DNA of 64,000 nt from NCBI GenBank assembly GCA_950097015.1, contig CATNEN010000033.1:434001-498000 (forward strand), in the 5' to 3' direction. A program made the position numbers and the translations under genes. Shown here in pieces: positions 1-12,800 of this stretch. Under the pieces are notes generated by a model. It was given only the letters and a program-made list of their open reading frames with translations. It was not told the DNA's origin and did not search any database. Numbering within the stretch: the first letter of the stretch is position 1; each line of letters starts with the position of its first letter. Origin of the DNA: Macrostomum hystrix (taxonomy: Eukaryota; Animalia; Platyhelminthes).

Positions 1-512
1 GTAGCTAGATGACGAGCTGAGTAGCTAGATGACCAGCTGAGTAGCTAGATGACCAGCTGAGTAGCTAGATGACCAGCTGAGTAGCTAGATGACGAGCTGA
101 GTAGCTAGATGACCAGCTGAGTAGCTAAATAACCTGCTTAGTAGCTAGATGACCAGCTTAGTAGCTAGATGACCAGCTGAGTAGCTAGATGACCAGCTGA
201 GTAGATAGATGACCAGCTGAGTAGCTAGATGACGAGCTGAGTAGCTAGATGTCCAGCTGAGTAGCTAGATGACCAGCTGAGTAGATAGATGACCAGCTGA
301 GTAGCTAGATGACGAGCTGAGTAGCTAGATGACCAGCTGAGTAGCTAGATGACGAGCTGAGTAGCTAGATGACCAGCTGAGTAGCTAGATGACCAGCTGA
401 GTAGCTAAATAACCAGCTTAGTAGCTAGATGACCAGCTTAGTAGCTAGATGACCAGCTGAGTAGCTAGATGACCAGCTGAGTAGCTAGATGACCAGCTGA
501 GTAGCTAGATGA
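1..512. repeat. 20-bp minisatellite (GTAGCTAGATGACCAGCTGA)n in the intron upstream of the USP exon
   Basis: About 25 near-identical 20-bp units are directly visible; the array runs off the window start and ends about 35 nt before the acceptor at 549. Confidence 0.95.
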
Positions 513-549
513 AGTGAGCTCATGACCGGTGCTAATATGTGCTCCTCAG

Positions 550-838
550 GTCCTTCGACTACACTGAGTACCAGAAGCAGACGAAGCCCTTGCTGGAGCG
601 AGCCCAGCGCCTCAAAGCGGAGATGATGGCCAAATGCGAGAAGAGAAATCTGCGCTGCAAGTTCATCACGGAGGTTGGCAGTCCGGCTAACGCGGTGCTG
701 GACGCGGCCAAGGACTTCTCGGCATCGGTCATTGTTGTGGGCAGCTGCGGTCAGAATTTTCACCTATTGGGCTCGGTTAGCAGCTATGTGTTGCAGCATT
801 CCTGCCGACCTGTGATTGTTGTGCCCAGGTTCGACTGA
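550..838 (+). CDS. 3' terminal exon of a universal stress protein (USP/UspA-domain) gene; 5' exon(s) lie outside the window
   Basis: Acceptor gctaat...ctcctcag|G at 549/550. The translation ...GSPANAVLDAAKDFSASVIVVGSCGQNFHLLGSVSSYVLQHSCRPVIVVPRFD* matches the USP C-terminal signature (IVVGSxG...LGSVSxxVLxHxxxPVxVV). AATAAA occurs downstream near 1088. Confidence 0.88.
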
Positions 839-1971
839 TTTGTATTGTTTCGAATGAGGGCCCGACAATGAGACTGTGAAATATAATATAGATATTCGCT
901 ATCTAGAATTTCAAGTGCTGCAAGTGCGGAGTGATTTTTGCCAATTAATAGACGAGGAGGAAGGGTTTGTGCTTTTTCATTCTACTGAACACTCAATGAA
1001 ATATGTGGGGAGGTTATTGTGAGGCGGCTGTGACCCAACTGTGTTAGCTGGGATTTATACTCTCTACTGGCCAATCAGAAACGCCGAAAATAAAGCGGAC
1101 TTTTTATTTCATTCCACTGGCCAATCAGAGCCAAGCTCGAGGAAGAGGCTGAATTATTTCATGCCTCTAGCCAATCAGAGACGATGTGGGGTCGCGCTGT
1201 TGTTCTAATCAATAGCGAGATAGTAATTAAATAGAATTTTATCTAAAGCTGTTTGCAAATTGACCAAGTCTGTCTTTTAAGACAAAGTTAGATCTCAGTG
1301 TCGCGAGTAAGCACATCCATATCCAGAGTATGTCAGATCAAATGACGACTGTTTTGTAGAATAAAAACATTTTTAATGCTGCTAATGCGACATTAAAAAA
1401 ATTTATTTCCGCTGTCACTTAACAACAAAAATACCTAATAGCCTAACACAGAAAATGATCTTTTTTAAAGAGATGTTTTGCTCGTCTCTTCTCCAACATT
1501 TTTGGCTTCGTTTTGAGTTCTCTTTCGTCGCATTGTTTCGATTCTTTTTTGCACTGGCATAGATTTTTAGGCCCACTGTCGACGTAGCTTTTGTGCTTTA
1601 CTTATTTAACGTTATTTAACTCGAAATTAATTTACTATATTTATTCCGTGCGATAACATTTTTTAATAACCATACTATATTAAATACATTCTTCAGTTTT
1701 AGTTTTCCGATGCAAAATTCTGTGATACATTCGTGGTTTGTTTACTCTGCGATTTGCATATTAATATCGCTTCGCCGTTAATTGATTCTCACCTGTGTCA
1801 TTTTTGTACGTGTGTTCAGCAAATCCGACTGGATTCTATTCCATTGTGAATTGACAGTTTTTGTTAGAGAACAGCTAAAGCAAGTGGGAGAATGCAACAT
1901 TGTTAAAGAAAGTAAAGAAACGGGAGAAAAGACGGGAGAGAGTAAAGAAAAGTGGGAAAAGAGGAAGTTAA

Positions 1972-3865
1972 GGAAAGAAGGAAGACGAGGGGAGAAGGAA
2001 GAGGAGGGGAGAAAGAAGAGTAGGGGAGAAGGAAGAGGAGGGGAGAAGGAAGAGGAGGGGAGAAGGAAGAGGAGGGGAGAAGGAAGAGGAGGGGAGAAGG
2101 AAGAGTAGGGGAGAAGGAAGAGGAGGGGAGAAGGAAGAGGAGGGGAGAAGGAAGAGGAGGGGAGAAGGAAGAGGAGGGGAGAAGGAAGAGGAGGGGAGAA
2201 GGAAGAGTAGGGGAGAAGGAAGAGGAGGGGAGAAGGAAGAGGAGGGGAGAAGGAAGAGTAGGGGAGAAGGAAGAGGAGGGGAGAAGGAAGAGGAGGGGAG
2301 AAGGAAGAGGAGGGGAGAAGGAAGAGTAGGGGAGAAGGAAGAGGAGGGGAGAAGGAAGAGGAGGGGAGAAGGAAGAGGAGGGGAGAAGGAAGAGGAGGGG
2401 AGAAGGAAGAGGAGGGGAGAAGGAAGAGTAGGGGAGAAGGAAGAGGAGGGGAGAAGGAAGAGGAGGGGAGAAGGAAGAGTAGGGGAGAAGGCAGAGGAGG
2501 GGAGAAGGAAGAGGAGGGGAGAAGGAAGAGGAGGGGAGAAGGAAGAGGAGGGGAGAAGGAAGAGGAGGGGAGAAGGAAGAGGAGGGGAGAAGGAAGAGTA
2601 GGGGAGAAGGAAGAGGAGGGGAGAAGGAAGAGGAGGGGAGAAGGAAGAGGAGGGGAGAAGGAAGAGTAGGGGAGAAGGAAGAGGAGGGGAGAAGGAAGAG
2701 GAGGGGAGAAGGAAGAGGAGGGGAGAAGGAAGAGGAGGGGAGAAGGAAGAGTAGGGGAGAAGGAAGAGGAGGGGAGAAGGAAGAGGAGGGGAGAAGGAAG
2801 AGGAGGGGAGAAGGAAGAGGAGGGGAGAAGGAAGAGGAGTGGAGAAGGAAGAGGAGGGGAGAAGGAAGAGGAGGGGAGAAGGAAGAGTAGGGGAGAAGGC
2901 AGAGGAGGGGAGAAGGAAGAGGAGGGGAGAAGGAAGAGGAGGGGAGAAGGAAGAGGAGGGGAGAAGGAAGAGTAGGGGAGAAGGAAGAGGAGGGGAGAAG
3001 GAAGAGGAGGGGAGAAGGAAGAGGAGGGGAGAAGGAAGAGGAGGGGAGAAGGAAGAGGAGGGGAGAAGGAAGAGGAGGGGAGAAGGAAGAGGAGGGGAGA
3101 AGGAAGAGGAGGGGAGAAGGAAGAGGAGGGGAGAAGGAAGAGGAGGGGAGAAGGAAGAGTAGGGGTGAAGGAAGAGGAGGGGAGAAGGAAGAGGAGGGGA
3201 GAAGGAAGAGGAGGGGAGAAGGAAGAGGAGGGGAGAAAGAAGAGTAGGGGAGAAGGAAGAGGAGGGGAGAAGGAAGAGGAGGGGAGAAAGAAGAGTAGGG
3301 GAGAAGGAAGAGGAGGGGAGAAGGAAGAGGAGGGGAGAAGGAAGAGTAGGGGAGAAGGAAGAGGAGGGGAGAAGGAAGAGGAGGGGAGAAGGAAGAGGAG
3401 GGGAGAAGGAAGAGTAGGGGAGAAGGCAGAGGAGTGGAGAAGGAAGAGGAGGGGAGAAGGAAGAGGAGGGGAGAAGGAAGAGGAGGGGAGAAGGAAGAGG
3501 AGGGGAGAAGGAAGAGGAGGGGAGAAGGAAGAGGAGGGGAGAAGGAAGAGGAGGGGAGAAGGAAGAGGAGGGGAGAAGGAAGAGTAGGGGAGAAGGAAGA
3601 GGAGGGGAGAAGGAAGAGTAGGGGAGAAGGAAGAGGAGGGGAGAAGGAAGAGGAGGGGAGAAGGAAGAGTAGGGGAGAAGGAAGAGGAGGGGAGAAGGAA
3701 GAGTAGGGGAGAAGGAAGAGGAGGGGAGAAGGAAGAGGAGGGGAGAAGGAAGAGGAGGGGAGAAGGAAGAGGAGGGGAGAAGGAAGAGGAGGGGAGAAGG
3801 AAGAGGAGGGGAGAAGGAAGAGTAGGGGAGAAGGAAGAGGAGGGGAGAAGGAAGAGGAGGGGAGG
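1972..3865. repeat. ~1.9-kb polypurine 17-bp tandem repeat (GGGGAGAAGGAAGAGGA)n
   Basis: Directly visible. It is almost purely purine on the + strand, with occasional GAGTA variants. The 744-aa and 690-aa PLLFLLPSSSFSPPLPS ORFs are repeat artefacts. Confidence 0.95.
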
Positions 3866-4403
3866 GGGTGTAGTGTAGAATTGCGGGTAGAATGAATCGA
3901 GGGTAGTTAGCCGTGTTTGGAGGGTTAGAGCGGAGGATGGGTTGGGAGGGAAATGGTGAGCAGTGATGAGAGAATAAAGGTTGAGTGCAGGAACAGGAGG
4001 GAATTGCTGCATTTAGGGATAATTCGGTTGCTTGGCGCACTGGGAATTGATCTCATCACCCAAATCATGATGGCTTTAGCTCTCAGCGAATTCTACTTGT
4101 GCTCGCACCCTTTAATTCCGACAGCTCCTAGCGAGACTGCTGGCCAGTTCTCAATTTGCAGGGGACGATAAAAAAAAATACGCTGCACATAAATTTCGGG
4201 CCCGTTCTGCTGTGTTCGCAGCTATAAAAATCGAAAATGGTATCAGCTTTTTTGCTGAATTCTAGCAAATTTTCCTTTTGACTGCTGTCATTGGTCTAGA
4301 CAGGCAAACTAGTGGATCAAGGCGCTGCTGCACTGTTAGATTTTGGAATATATAGGAACCCTTAATCTACGCGAATTCAGCATTATCCGCATTTACTTTA
4401 GTG

Positions 4404-4838
4404 CAGGGGTCGGCAAACAACGGCCCGCGGGCCAGATGCGGCCCTCGAAGCTCCCAAATCCGGCCCGTTGCCCCTTCTGACATCTGCAGTGTCCTGTTTC
4501 ATCTATCTCGTGTCTAATCTCTCCCGTGTCTTATCTCTCCCGTGTCTCATCTCTCCCGTGTCTCATCTCTCCCCTGCCTTATCTCTCCCGTGTCTCATCT
4601 CTCTCGTGTCCCATCTTTCCTGTGTCTCATCTCTCCCGTGTCTAATCTCTCCCGTGTCTCATCTCTCCCGTGTTTAATCTCTCCCGTGTCTCATCTCTCC
4701 CGTGTCTAATCTCTCCCGTGTCTCATCTCTCCCGTGTCTCATCTCTCCCCTATCTCATATTCATACAGTCAATGCGGCCCGTTGTCGTCTTTTAGGTTCT
4801 CTCTTTGGCCCGCCAGCAAATAAGTTTGCCTACCCCTG
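4404..4838. mobile_element. Non-autonomous hAT (Charlie-like) MITE containing an internal ~17-bp minisatellite
   Basis: TIRs CAGGGGTCGGCAAAC (4404) and GTTTGCCTACCCCTG (ending 4838) match at 14/15. Flanking 8-mers CTTTAGTG and CTTTAGGG form a 7/8 TSD. The subterminal CGGCCCGCGGGCC motif is typical of Charlie-type hATs. Confidence 0.8.
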
Positions 4839-6208
4839 CTTTAGGGGGGTTACAAATCTATAGAAATGCGAAAATTTGCTCAACCAATTTAAAGTTGTGA
4901 GCAGGCAAACAAGCCATGCAGACTGCCACTGCCAGTAGACATTTGGCAGTCAGCACTCCGATGATGACCGGGTGGGCAATGCCTACATAATTATGTAACT
5001 AACGACGCGATACTTTAACCTGTCTATTCTCTTTCACTATCTACCTAAGGTAATCTAAGGTAAAGATCACTTAGCTAACGGTCACTGAAAACGGGTTGCA
5101 TTGCACTGGCATAGCAGCTGTGGTCTCCACAGAAATATGTAATCGTTAGAGATTGATTACTGCTTGACTGCCATGTTGCTTCCTGTCAGAGTTATTAAGT
5201 GATTTCGAACTGACAGTCTCATAAATTTCGCACTGCTTTATCGGTCGTGGATTTATTGTTGCTTATATTTCAGCGCCCTCGATTTCTGTCGGAAGCTCTC
5301 AGCCGAGGCGGGCAGTTAATCGAGTTTTTTACTCTAGAAAGGGAGTGGCGCACCCGGGTCAATGATGGTCTGGTCCCATCCACTCTAATTCATGCATTGC
5401 ATAGTCAGCGTCTCACTTCCGCCTGGTCATTGCGGGGTGATGGCGGGGTCTCCATCAGCGCAGCATGCATCGCGCACTAAAACCGCTATATTGAGAGCTC
5501 GAAGCAGCTAGTATCTGTTAGACGCGACTAATGATGGCTGTAATAGCTCATTGCAGCCGAAGATATATCTATATTCCATATTTGCGCCGAAATAATGCAG
5601 CTGTCCCAAAGACGCGCTCTTTCCGTACTCAAAAACGCATTACTGTGTTGCGAAGTTGTACAGTTTAAAATAGTATCAGAATGGTTTCATTGTTCTGCAC
5701 GCGAATTCCAATCAGCACTATTGTATTGGCAGGCGCACTGTTTGCGCAGGTGCGTAGGTGGCTTAGGGAGCTGGCCAGCTGATTCTGACGTAGACCAAAA
5801 ATAGCCCTGCATAACTTACGTTGCCATGCCGACAGCAAAGCAATGGCTATTATAAAAACGGCAAATCTATAAAAAGCAATTCTTGTTTTATTATTGCAGT
5901 TTTGCACCGACTTAAAGCGTTGATCAGGTACATTGGCCAGGAGAGCTGGACCCCTCTGCGGGCCCACGGTGTTTGTCTTGCATTATTACAGAAGAAGCGG
6001 CCTGCATTGAGCGGCCCTGGACCCGGCGGGTGGGTCTGTGGCAATCGGCGAAAAAAGCTGCGCCAACCAAACCACGCCCAAAACTCCGTCTGTTTGTCTG
6101 GTCAATCATAGAGGGAGATTGAGGGCGCACTCCCACATCCATTCCCGTATCCCTTCCCCACCGGCCGAGATGCCACGGAATTGGCGGGCGACCTGGCACC
6201 CGATCGAG

Positions 6209-6215
6209 TATTTAA
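6209..6215 (+). promoter_or_regulatory. Candidate TATA-like box (TATTTAA) for the small secreted protein gene
   Basis: TATTTAAG lies about 100 nt upstream of the ATG at 6315 in otherwise GC-rich sequence. Confidence 0.35.
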
Positions 6216-6314
6216 GCTGCAACTCAGCGCTGGGCGGCTCCGCTACTCAAGAGCGCCTCCGCCATCACTATCCCGGCAATCCCAACCGAATTCGCTAGCT
6301 GACCCCCTGCAGTC

Positions 6315-6704
6315 ATGGAGCCGCGCAGCCTCCGCCGCCAGCCACAATTGGCCGCGCTGGCCCTGGTCCTAGCCCTGCTTCTCTGCCTGGGCGCCCAGGT
6401 GCCCAGAGTGGCGGCCCAGAACTCCGAGGTTGAGCGCATCTGCGGCCGCAATCCGTTCATGGTGCTGAAGCAGATTGCCGAACAGATCCTGATGCGATCT
6501 CTCACCGGTGGTGAGTACACCAAGAGTTTTTACCGACCACATTAAATCAAGTATTGTCAACTCCCCTCCCACCGTGCCGATGCAGCCGAGTTCAACATTC
6601 TGTTCAACCGAGCCCTGAACGACCCGGAGAAGGGACCGGACCTCAGGCGGATGGTCACGCGCTACCAGGAGTGCAGCCTGGGCGTTGAGAACGGACACTT
6701 CTGA
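6315..6704 (+). CDS. Small secreted protein of unknown family, 104 aa, 2 exons (6315-6510, 6586-6704)
   Basis: Hydrophobic signal peptide (LAALALVLALLLCLGA...VAA|Q). Donor G|GTGAGT at 6511 and acceptor TGCAG|CC at 6585 give a 75-nt phase-1 intron. Spliced mature part: QNSEVERICGRNPFMVLKQIAEQILMRSLTGAEFNILFNRALNDPEKGPDLRRMVTRYQECSLGVENGHF*. Codon usage is GC3-rich like neighbouring genes. Confidence 0.75.
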
Positions 6705-8094
6705 GCGCCAGAACAACTGCCAGTTCCTGATTCCTCTACTTTTGACACTTCTTTGGGCGCCACCAAACTGATATTATTTACCTTTCCACCGGCCCAATGG
6801 TATTTGTTTAATCACTGACTCACGGAATCGTTGCAGCTAGTCTTTGGCACCTGCAGATTCGCACCGATTAATCAGAGTGCACAAGACCCTCTAAATTAAC
6901 GGTACCTTTGTTACATCTAGAACTGCAAGCTATAATAAAATTTGTAAGCTTTTATGTCTCGGGGAAATGGCGTGGTGCCATTGTGTCCAGCTAAAACAAT
7001 GAAATAAATCGCAGCGCGGTTTCTTTGTCGGATAAAATACACTGCAAACCTTGCATTTCATTCATTTCAATTGGCAAAGGTGCAACCAGTCGCCTAAGTA
7101 GCCTTGGATAATTTGATAGGAAATTAGTGACTGAAAACGCCACCAAAATACCGCAAGTAAAAGTTGGACGTTTCCGGAAGCTACTATTTTAAATAAAGTG
7201 CTTCGGTGGCGTTAGGGAGTCGCTGCAGGGCCCCGGATTCAAGGATTTAACGTAATTCGCAAGAGAGACGTCACGAAGTCGTTCTCTGTTTGTTATTGAA
7301 GATCTGTATCGATACCAACTGGTGCATTGTGAGCTGCTCTTCAAGGACGGGCGCGCATTGCAAAAAAATATCGACCTTCGGACGCTGTGACACATTTTCA
7401 TGCTATACAATAGACTGTTCTAGAAAGTCACCCTTTCGTAGCCCGAAAGTGAAAACGATGGTCTAAGTTCTGCATTTGTACAGGACCAAGAGGCATTTAC
7501 AACTAACTAGTATTGCTTTGTTCAGTTCAAACTAATTCAACAAAGACTGTCGCTACAGAGAGTTAGTATAATACCTTGTGCCTGGTTCTGCCAGACCGTT
7601 ATATTGTTATTGTTGTTGACGGTTTGTAAGGCCATGCGCCGGCTTGGAAACCAACCTAAATAATGCACAGTTGCTTTTGCTTCAGTAACTTTATATGATA
7701 GCAATAATTACACGAATAATATATAATAGGAGTCCGAAACAGTTATGGGCAGTCAGAGAAAAATGGCTCATTAAACAGGCAAATCAATTTGCATGTAAGA
7801 GAACGCTAACTGTTACTGCGCTACGGCGGTGATTGTGTGCAAATCAATAGCATAATAATGAATCGCATACAGAATTACTGAGCCAGTGAATGAAATAGCA
7901 GGTATTCAAATATCGCCAGATTGGAATTATACAGCACAGAATCATTTCACGAACTAGCGATTAAATAAGAAATCGTTACAGATTTAAGCCTGTTGTCTAT
8001 TGCAAAGCTGAGCTCCGGATCTCAGACAATCTACTCAGCAGTGGGGTGGTCCCGCTACAACACATCCTAACTTAAGGATGTTATAAATGTCAAA

Positions 8095-9200
8095 ATATCG
8101 CCCTAGATTACTGATCAAAATCTTACCCTAGATTACGAAACATCAAAATCTCACCCTAGATTACTGAAGATCAAAATCACAACCTAGTAGATTACTGAAT
8201 ATAAAAATATTACCATAGTAGATTACCCATGAATCTCATCCTAGATTACTGAAGATCAAAATCTCACCCTTAGATTACTGAAGTTCAAAATCTTACCCTT
8301 AGATTACTGAAGTTCAAAATCTCACCCTAGATTACTGAAGATCAAAATCTTACCCTTAGATTACTGAAGTTCAAAATCTCACCCTTAGATTACTGAAGTT
8401 CAAAATCTTACCCTTAGATTACTGAAGTTCAAAATCTTACCCTTAGATTACTGAAGTTCAAAATCTTACCCTTAGATTACTGAAGTTCAAAATCTTACCC
8501 TTAGATTACTGAAGTTCAAAATCTCACCCTTAGATTACTGAAGTTCAAAATCTCACCCTTAGATTACTGAAGTTCAAAATCTTACCCTTAGATTACTGAA
8601 GTTCAAAATCTTACCCTTAGATTACTGAAGTTCAAAATCTCACCCTTAGATTACTGAAGTTCAAAATCTCACCCTTAGATTACTGAAGTTTAAAATCTCA
8701 CCCTTAGATTACTGAAGATCAAAATCTCCCCATTGATACTGAAGATCAAAATCTCCCCCATTGATACTGAAGATCAAAATCTCCGCCATTGATACTGAAG
8801 ATCAAAATCTCACCCTAGATTACTGAAGATCAAAATCTCCCCATTGATACTGAAGATCAAAATCTCACCATTGATACTGAAGATCAAAATCTCACCATTG
8901 ATACTGAAGATCAAAATCTCACCCTAGATTACTGAAGATCAAAATCTCCCCATTGATACTGAAGATCAAAATCTCACCATTGATACTGAAGATCAAAATC
9001 TCACCATTGATACTGAAGATCAAAATCTCACCATTGATACTGAAGATCAAAATCTCACCATTGATACTGAAGATCAAAATCTCACCATTGATACTGAAGA
9101 TCAAAATCTCACCATTGATACTGAAGATCAAAATCTCACCATTGATACTGAAGATCAAAATGTTACCATTGATACTGAAGATCAAAATCTCACCCTTAGC
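8095..9200. repeat. 27-29-bp minisatellite with two subtypes (TTAGATTACTGAAGTTCAAAATCTTACCC, then CCATTGATACTGAAGATCAAAATCTCA)
   Basis: Directly visible; the unit type switches near 8720. The ILIFSINGE and LKIKISPLI ORFs are artefacts. Confidence 0.9.
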
Positions 9201-9869
9201 TTGGTGAAGCTTTAAATCTCAAAATCTCACCCTAGATTAGTAAAGCTACAAATAAACAACTCCCATCCTTGTAGCAAATTTTGCTAAATATGAAAATATC
9301 ACCTTGGTTTAGTGAAGCAATAATCGGGCAATTCAGAAACCGAAAGATAAGATGGCTGAATGTGACGGTAATTTGCCCTCATTTAATAAATTATGTTTAG
9401 TCAGAGTTACGCAAGGGGACTAAAAGCGTCAGTAATTAAACATTACAGATAGAGTAAATCAAGGAAAAATAGAATTGGGGTATTTCAAGTTTTCACTGCT
9501 AAATTTTAATAGGCACATGTGAACTAAGCAATCAGATTAGATTAAAATAGTTTTAATAACAAGGTCATAGCGCCTGTCCAGCTTTTAGTTGCCAACCAGA
9601 CGCGCAGAGTCGATCAAGGCATGAGAAGGTCAAGCGAATTGTTATCAGGAGATCAGGAAGTTTGAGCGGGTTGAATGACAAGCCACAGGAAACACAGAGG
9701 CACTTAGACAGGATCAGTTAGAGAGAAGACGATAGGAAGAATTCGTAGCGGGACTAACCTAAAAAGTGTCCTACAACAAACTAATTAGACTTCAGTTCTG
9801 GTCACAAGCAACAAAATCAGGCCGAGCACCATTGGTTCAATGGCCGATGAAACTGACGAAACTGATCAA

Positions 9870-12800
9870 TCAGAAGAACTCAGAATCGGAGCTCTGGCTC
9901 GTGTCGCCGCCTCCGGCTCCTTGGACTCCGCCCGTGCAGCCGTCTCGGCGGTCAGTCGGCTTGCCGTCCGAAGCGGCGGCGGCGGCGTCGTTGGCCGCCC
10001 CTGCCGATTCGTCCAGGTTGGAGTCGTCGCCGGGCCGCAGGGAGCGCGACCGCTGCTGAAGCAACAGCCGGGAGAAGCTGGGGAACATGGCTGCCAGCAG
10101 CAGCTGGAGGCATTCGGCGGTACGAGCCGAGCTGGCGCAGGCCAGCGCTGGCACGCCGCCCTCGGCATCGGCGCAGAACAGGTTGGCCTTCTTGCTAATG
10201 AGGTGCTCAACAACGCCGGGCAGGCCGTTGCCGGCGGCCAAGTGGATCGGAGCGCGGCCCGCGGAGTCCAGCTGGCGGGTGTTGCGATGGGGATGTTGGC
10301 GGCTTGGGCTGAATCCAGGACCAACTCACTCTTGCGGGTAGACTGGATCCTTTTAGGGTCCTTGGGATTCCTTTGGGTCATTGGTGTATTTAGGAATCAT
10401 AGGAATCCTTACGGGCTATTAGGAATCCTTTGTGGATATTAGGAATCCATTTAGGGTTATTAGGTACCCTATGGAGTCATTATGATGCTTTAAGGGTCAT
10501 AAGGATATTTTAGGGTCATTTAGGAATCCCCTGGGGTTATTAGGAATCCTTTAGATTCATTAGGATATTTTAGGGTCATTATGATATTTTAGGGTAACTA
10601 GGATCTTATTGGGTTATTAAGAATCCATACGGGGATATTAGGAATTCTTTAGGGTCATTAGGGATCATTTAGGGTCATTAGGAATCCTTTAGGGTCATTA
10701 GGAATCCTTTAGGGTCATTAGGAATCCTTTTTGGGTCATTAGGAATCCTTTAAGTTCATTAGGATCTTTTGGGGTCATTATAAATCCTTTAGGGTCACTG
10801 GGACTCCCTAAGGGTCATTAGGAGTTTCCGATTGTCATTAGAGCCCCTTAAGGTCTTACAATCTCAGAGTTTTTAACTGGGATCACAAGAACATTGAGCT
10901 CAGTGGCAGCAGCACATTGAACTCACGGCATTGATGAGATCGGGGTCGACGATTCGCTCCAGCAGTAGCAGGGCGGCGCCTTCGTCGTTAGTTGAGCACG
11001 CATGGTGCAGACAGGTGCGCCCGTCGGCATCCACCACCGACACGGAGGCGCCAGCGTCGAGCAGCAAGCTGGTGGCAGCGGCGCGCGCTTTACCGGCCGC
11101 CAACAGCAGCGGCGTTGCACCCTCGGCATCGGCCACGTCGACAGTGGCGCCGTGGCGCAGCAGCAGGCTGGCCGCCTCGCAGTGATCTCCGTGGGCAGCC
11201 GCGTGCAGCGCCGTTCTGCCGCGAGAGTCACGCGCGTCAACGGGAGCGCCGGCCTCCAACAGAAGCTCTACGCAGGTGTCGTGACCCCGACCAGCTGCAC
11301 AGTGCAACGGGCTGTAGGCATTCCAGGTGCGCCACGCTGACTTACCTGACGAGGATGAGCTGTTCAGCTCTCCGACAGCCGCTGCCGGCTGCGGTTGCGT
11401 CGGCGGATGCCGCTGCAGCAGCAGCTCTACGCACCGAGTGACACCGTGATAGGCAGCGTAATGCAACGACGAGTAGCCCTTGGCGTCGGCGCTGGCAGCA
11501 GCTTCGGGATGGTCGCCGATGGCGGCTAGCAGCCGTTCGGTGGTGGCCTCGTGTCCGCAGGCGGCCGTCATGTGCAGGGCGTGCCGCTTTCTGAAGTCTC
11601 TGGCTAACGGATTGGCGCCGACTTTGATCAGCAGCTCCGTGCAGTCGTCGTGCCCGTTGGCGGCTGCCCGGTGCAGAGCGGTCCTCTCGTAGACGTCCGG
11701 CGTGTGCGGCTCGGCGCCGACCTTCAACAGCAGCCGCACAGCTTCCAGGTGGCCGTTCTGAGCCGCAAGCATTAGCGGAGTCCGCTCGTGAGCGTCGGCG
11801 CTGTCAATCAGCGGCCGGCCGCCGCGGCTCCACAGCAGCGCCTGCAGGACGCCGACATGACCGGCGGCAGCAGCGTAGTGAAGGCTGTTCCAGCCGAACA
11901 GGCCGTCAACCAGCTCCAGGGCGCAGCCGCTGCTGTCCAACAGGGCCTTGACAGCGCCCAGGTGGCCCCTGTGGGCGGCCAGGTGAAGCGGCGTCCGGCC
12001 CTGCGGATCAGCCGCAGAATTGGCTGGACTCTCCGGTGCCAACTGCTTGGACAGCAGCGCCAGCACCTCCTCGTGGCCGTGATAGGCGGCCAGGTGCTGC
12101 GGACTCGGCGAGGAGTTCCAGGCGGCGCGCAGGACGGGCGCCCTGGTGGCGTCGAGCAGGCGGGAGACCGTGTGCCGGCTGCCGGCACGGGCGGCGAAGT
12201 GCAGCGGCAGTAGCGGGCCGAGGTCGGGCACGTCGGCAGTCTGGCACGGATCGGCTCCATGCAGCAGAAGGTGGTCAGCAAGTTGGGCGTCGCTGGCTGC
12301 GGCAAGGTGCAGCGGCGTCAGGCCCTGCCGATCCGGCAAGTTGAACTGGGAGCCGCCGTTCAGCTGGTTGTTAGGAAGAGTGGATAGATGTTATGCATCA
12401 GAGCTCATCTCTACGTGACAGAGTTAGATAAAGTTATGAATAAATCAGACTCCCATTTACATAATCGTCTCAGATGGAGTCCCTGCTCATCTCACTTTGA
12501 ATGTCAGCTCATCTCAATTGGAATCCCTGGTCATCTCACTTTGGATCCCTGCTTATCTCAATTAGAATCCCTGCTCATCTGAACTGGAATCCCTGCTCAT
12601 CTCAATTAGAATCCCTGCTCATCTCAATTAGAATCCCTGCTCATCTCAATTAGAATCCCTGCTCATCTCAATTAGAATCCCTGCTCATCTCAATTAGAAT
12701 CCCTGCTCATCTCACTTTGAATCCCTGCTCATCTCACTTTGAATGTCAGCTCATCTAAATTGGAATCCCTGCTCATCTCACTTTGTATCCCTACATATCT

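Noticed and set aside
1060-1180. Three GCCAATCAG boxes as a promoter
   Set aside because: They lie just 3' of the USP stop with no downstream gene nearby; they could be a repeat relic.
1778-4040. 744-aa and 690-aa Pro/Ser/Leu ORFs and Glu/Gly/Arg ORFs
   Set aside because: They are translations of the 17-bp polypurine repeat, with no coding complexity or splice context.
10340-10850. TTAGGG-containing repeat as interstitial telomere
   Set aside because: TTAGGG is only part of a ~20-bp unit and is never tandem.
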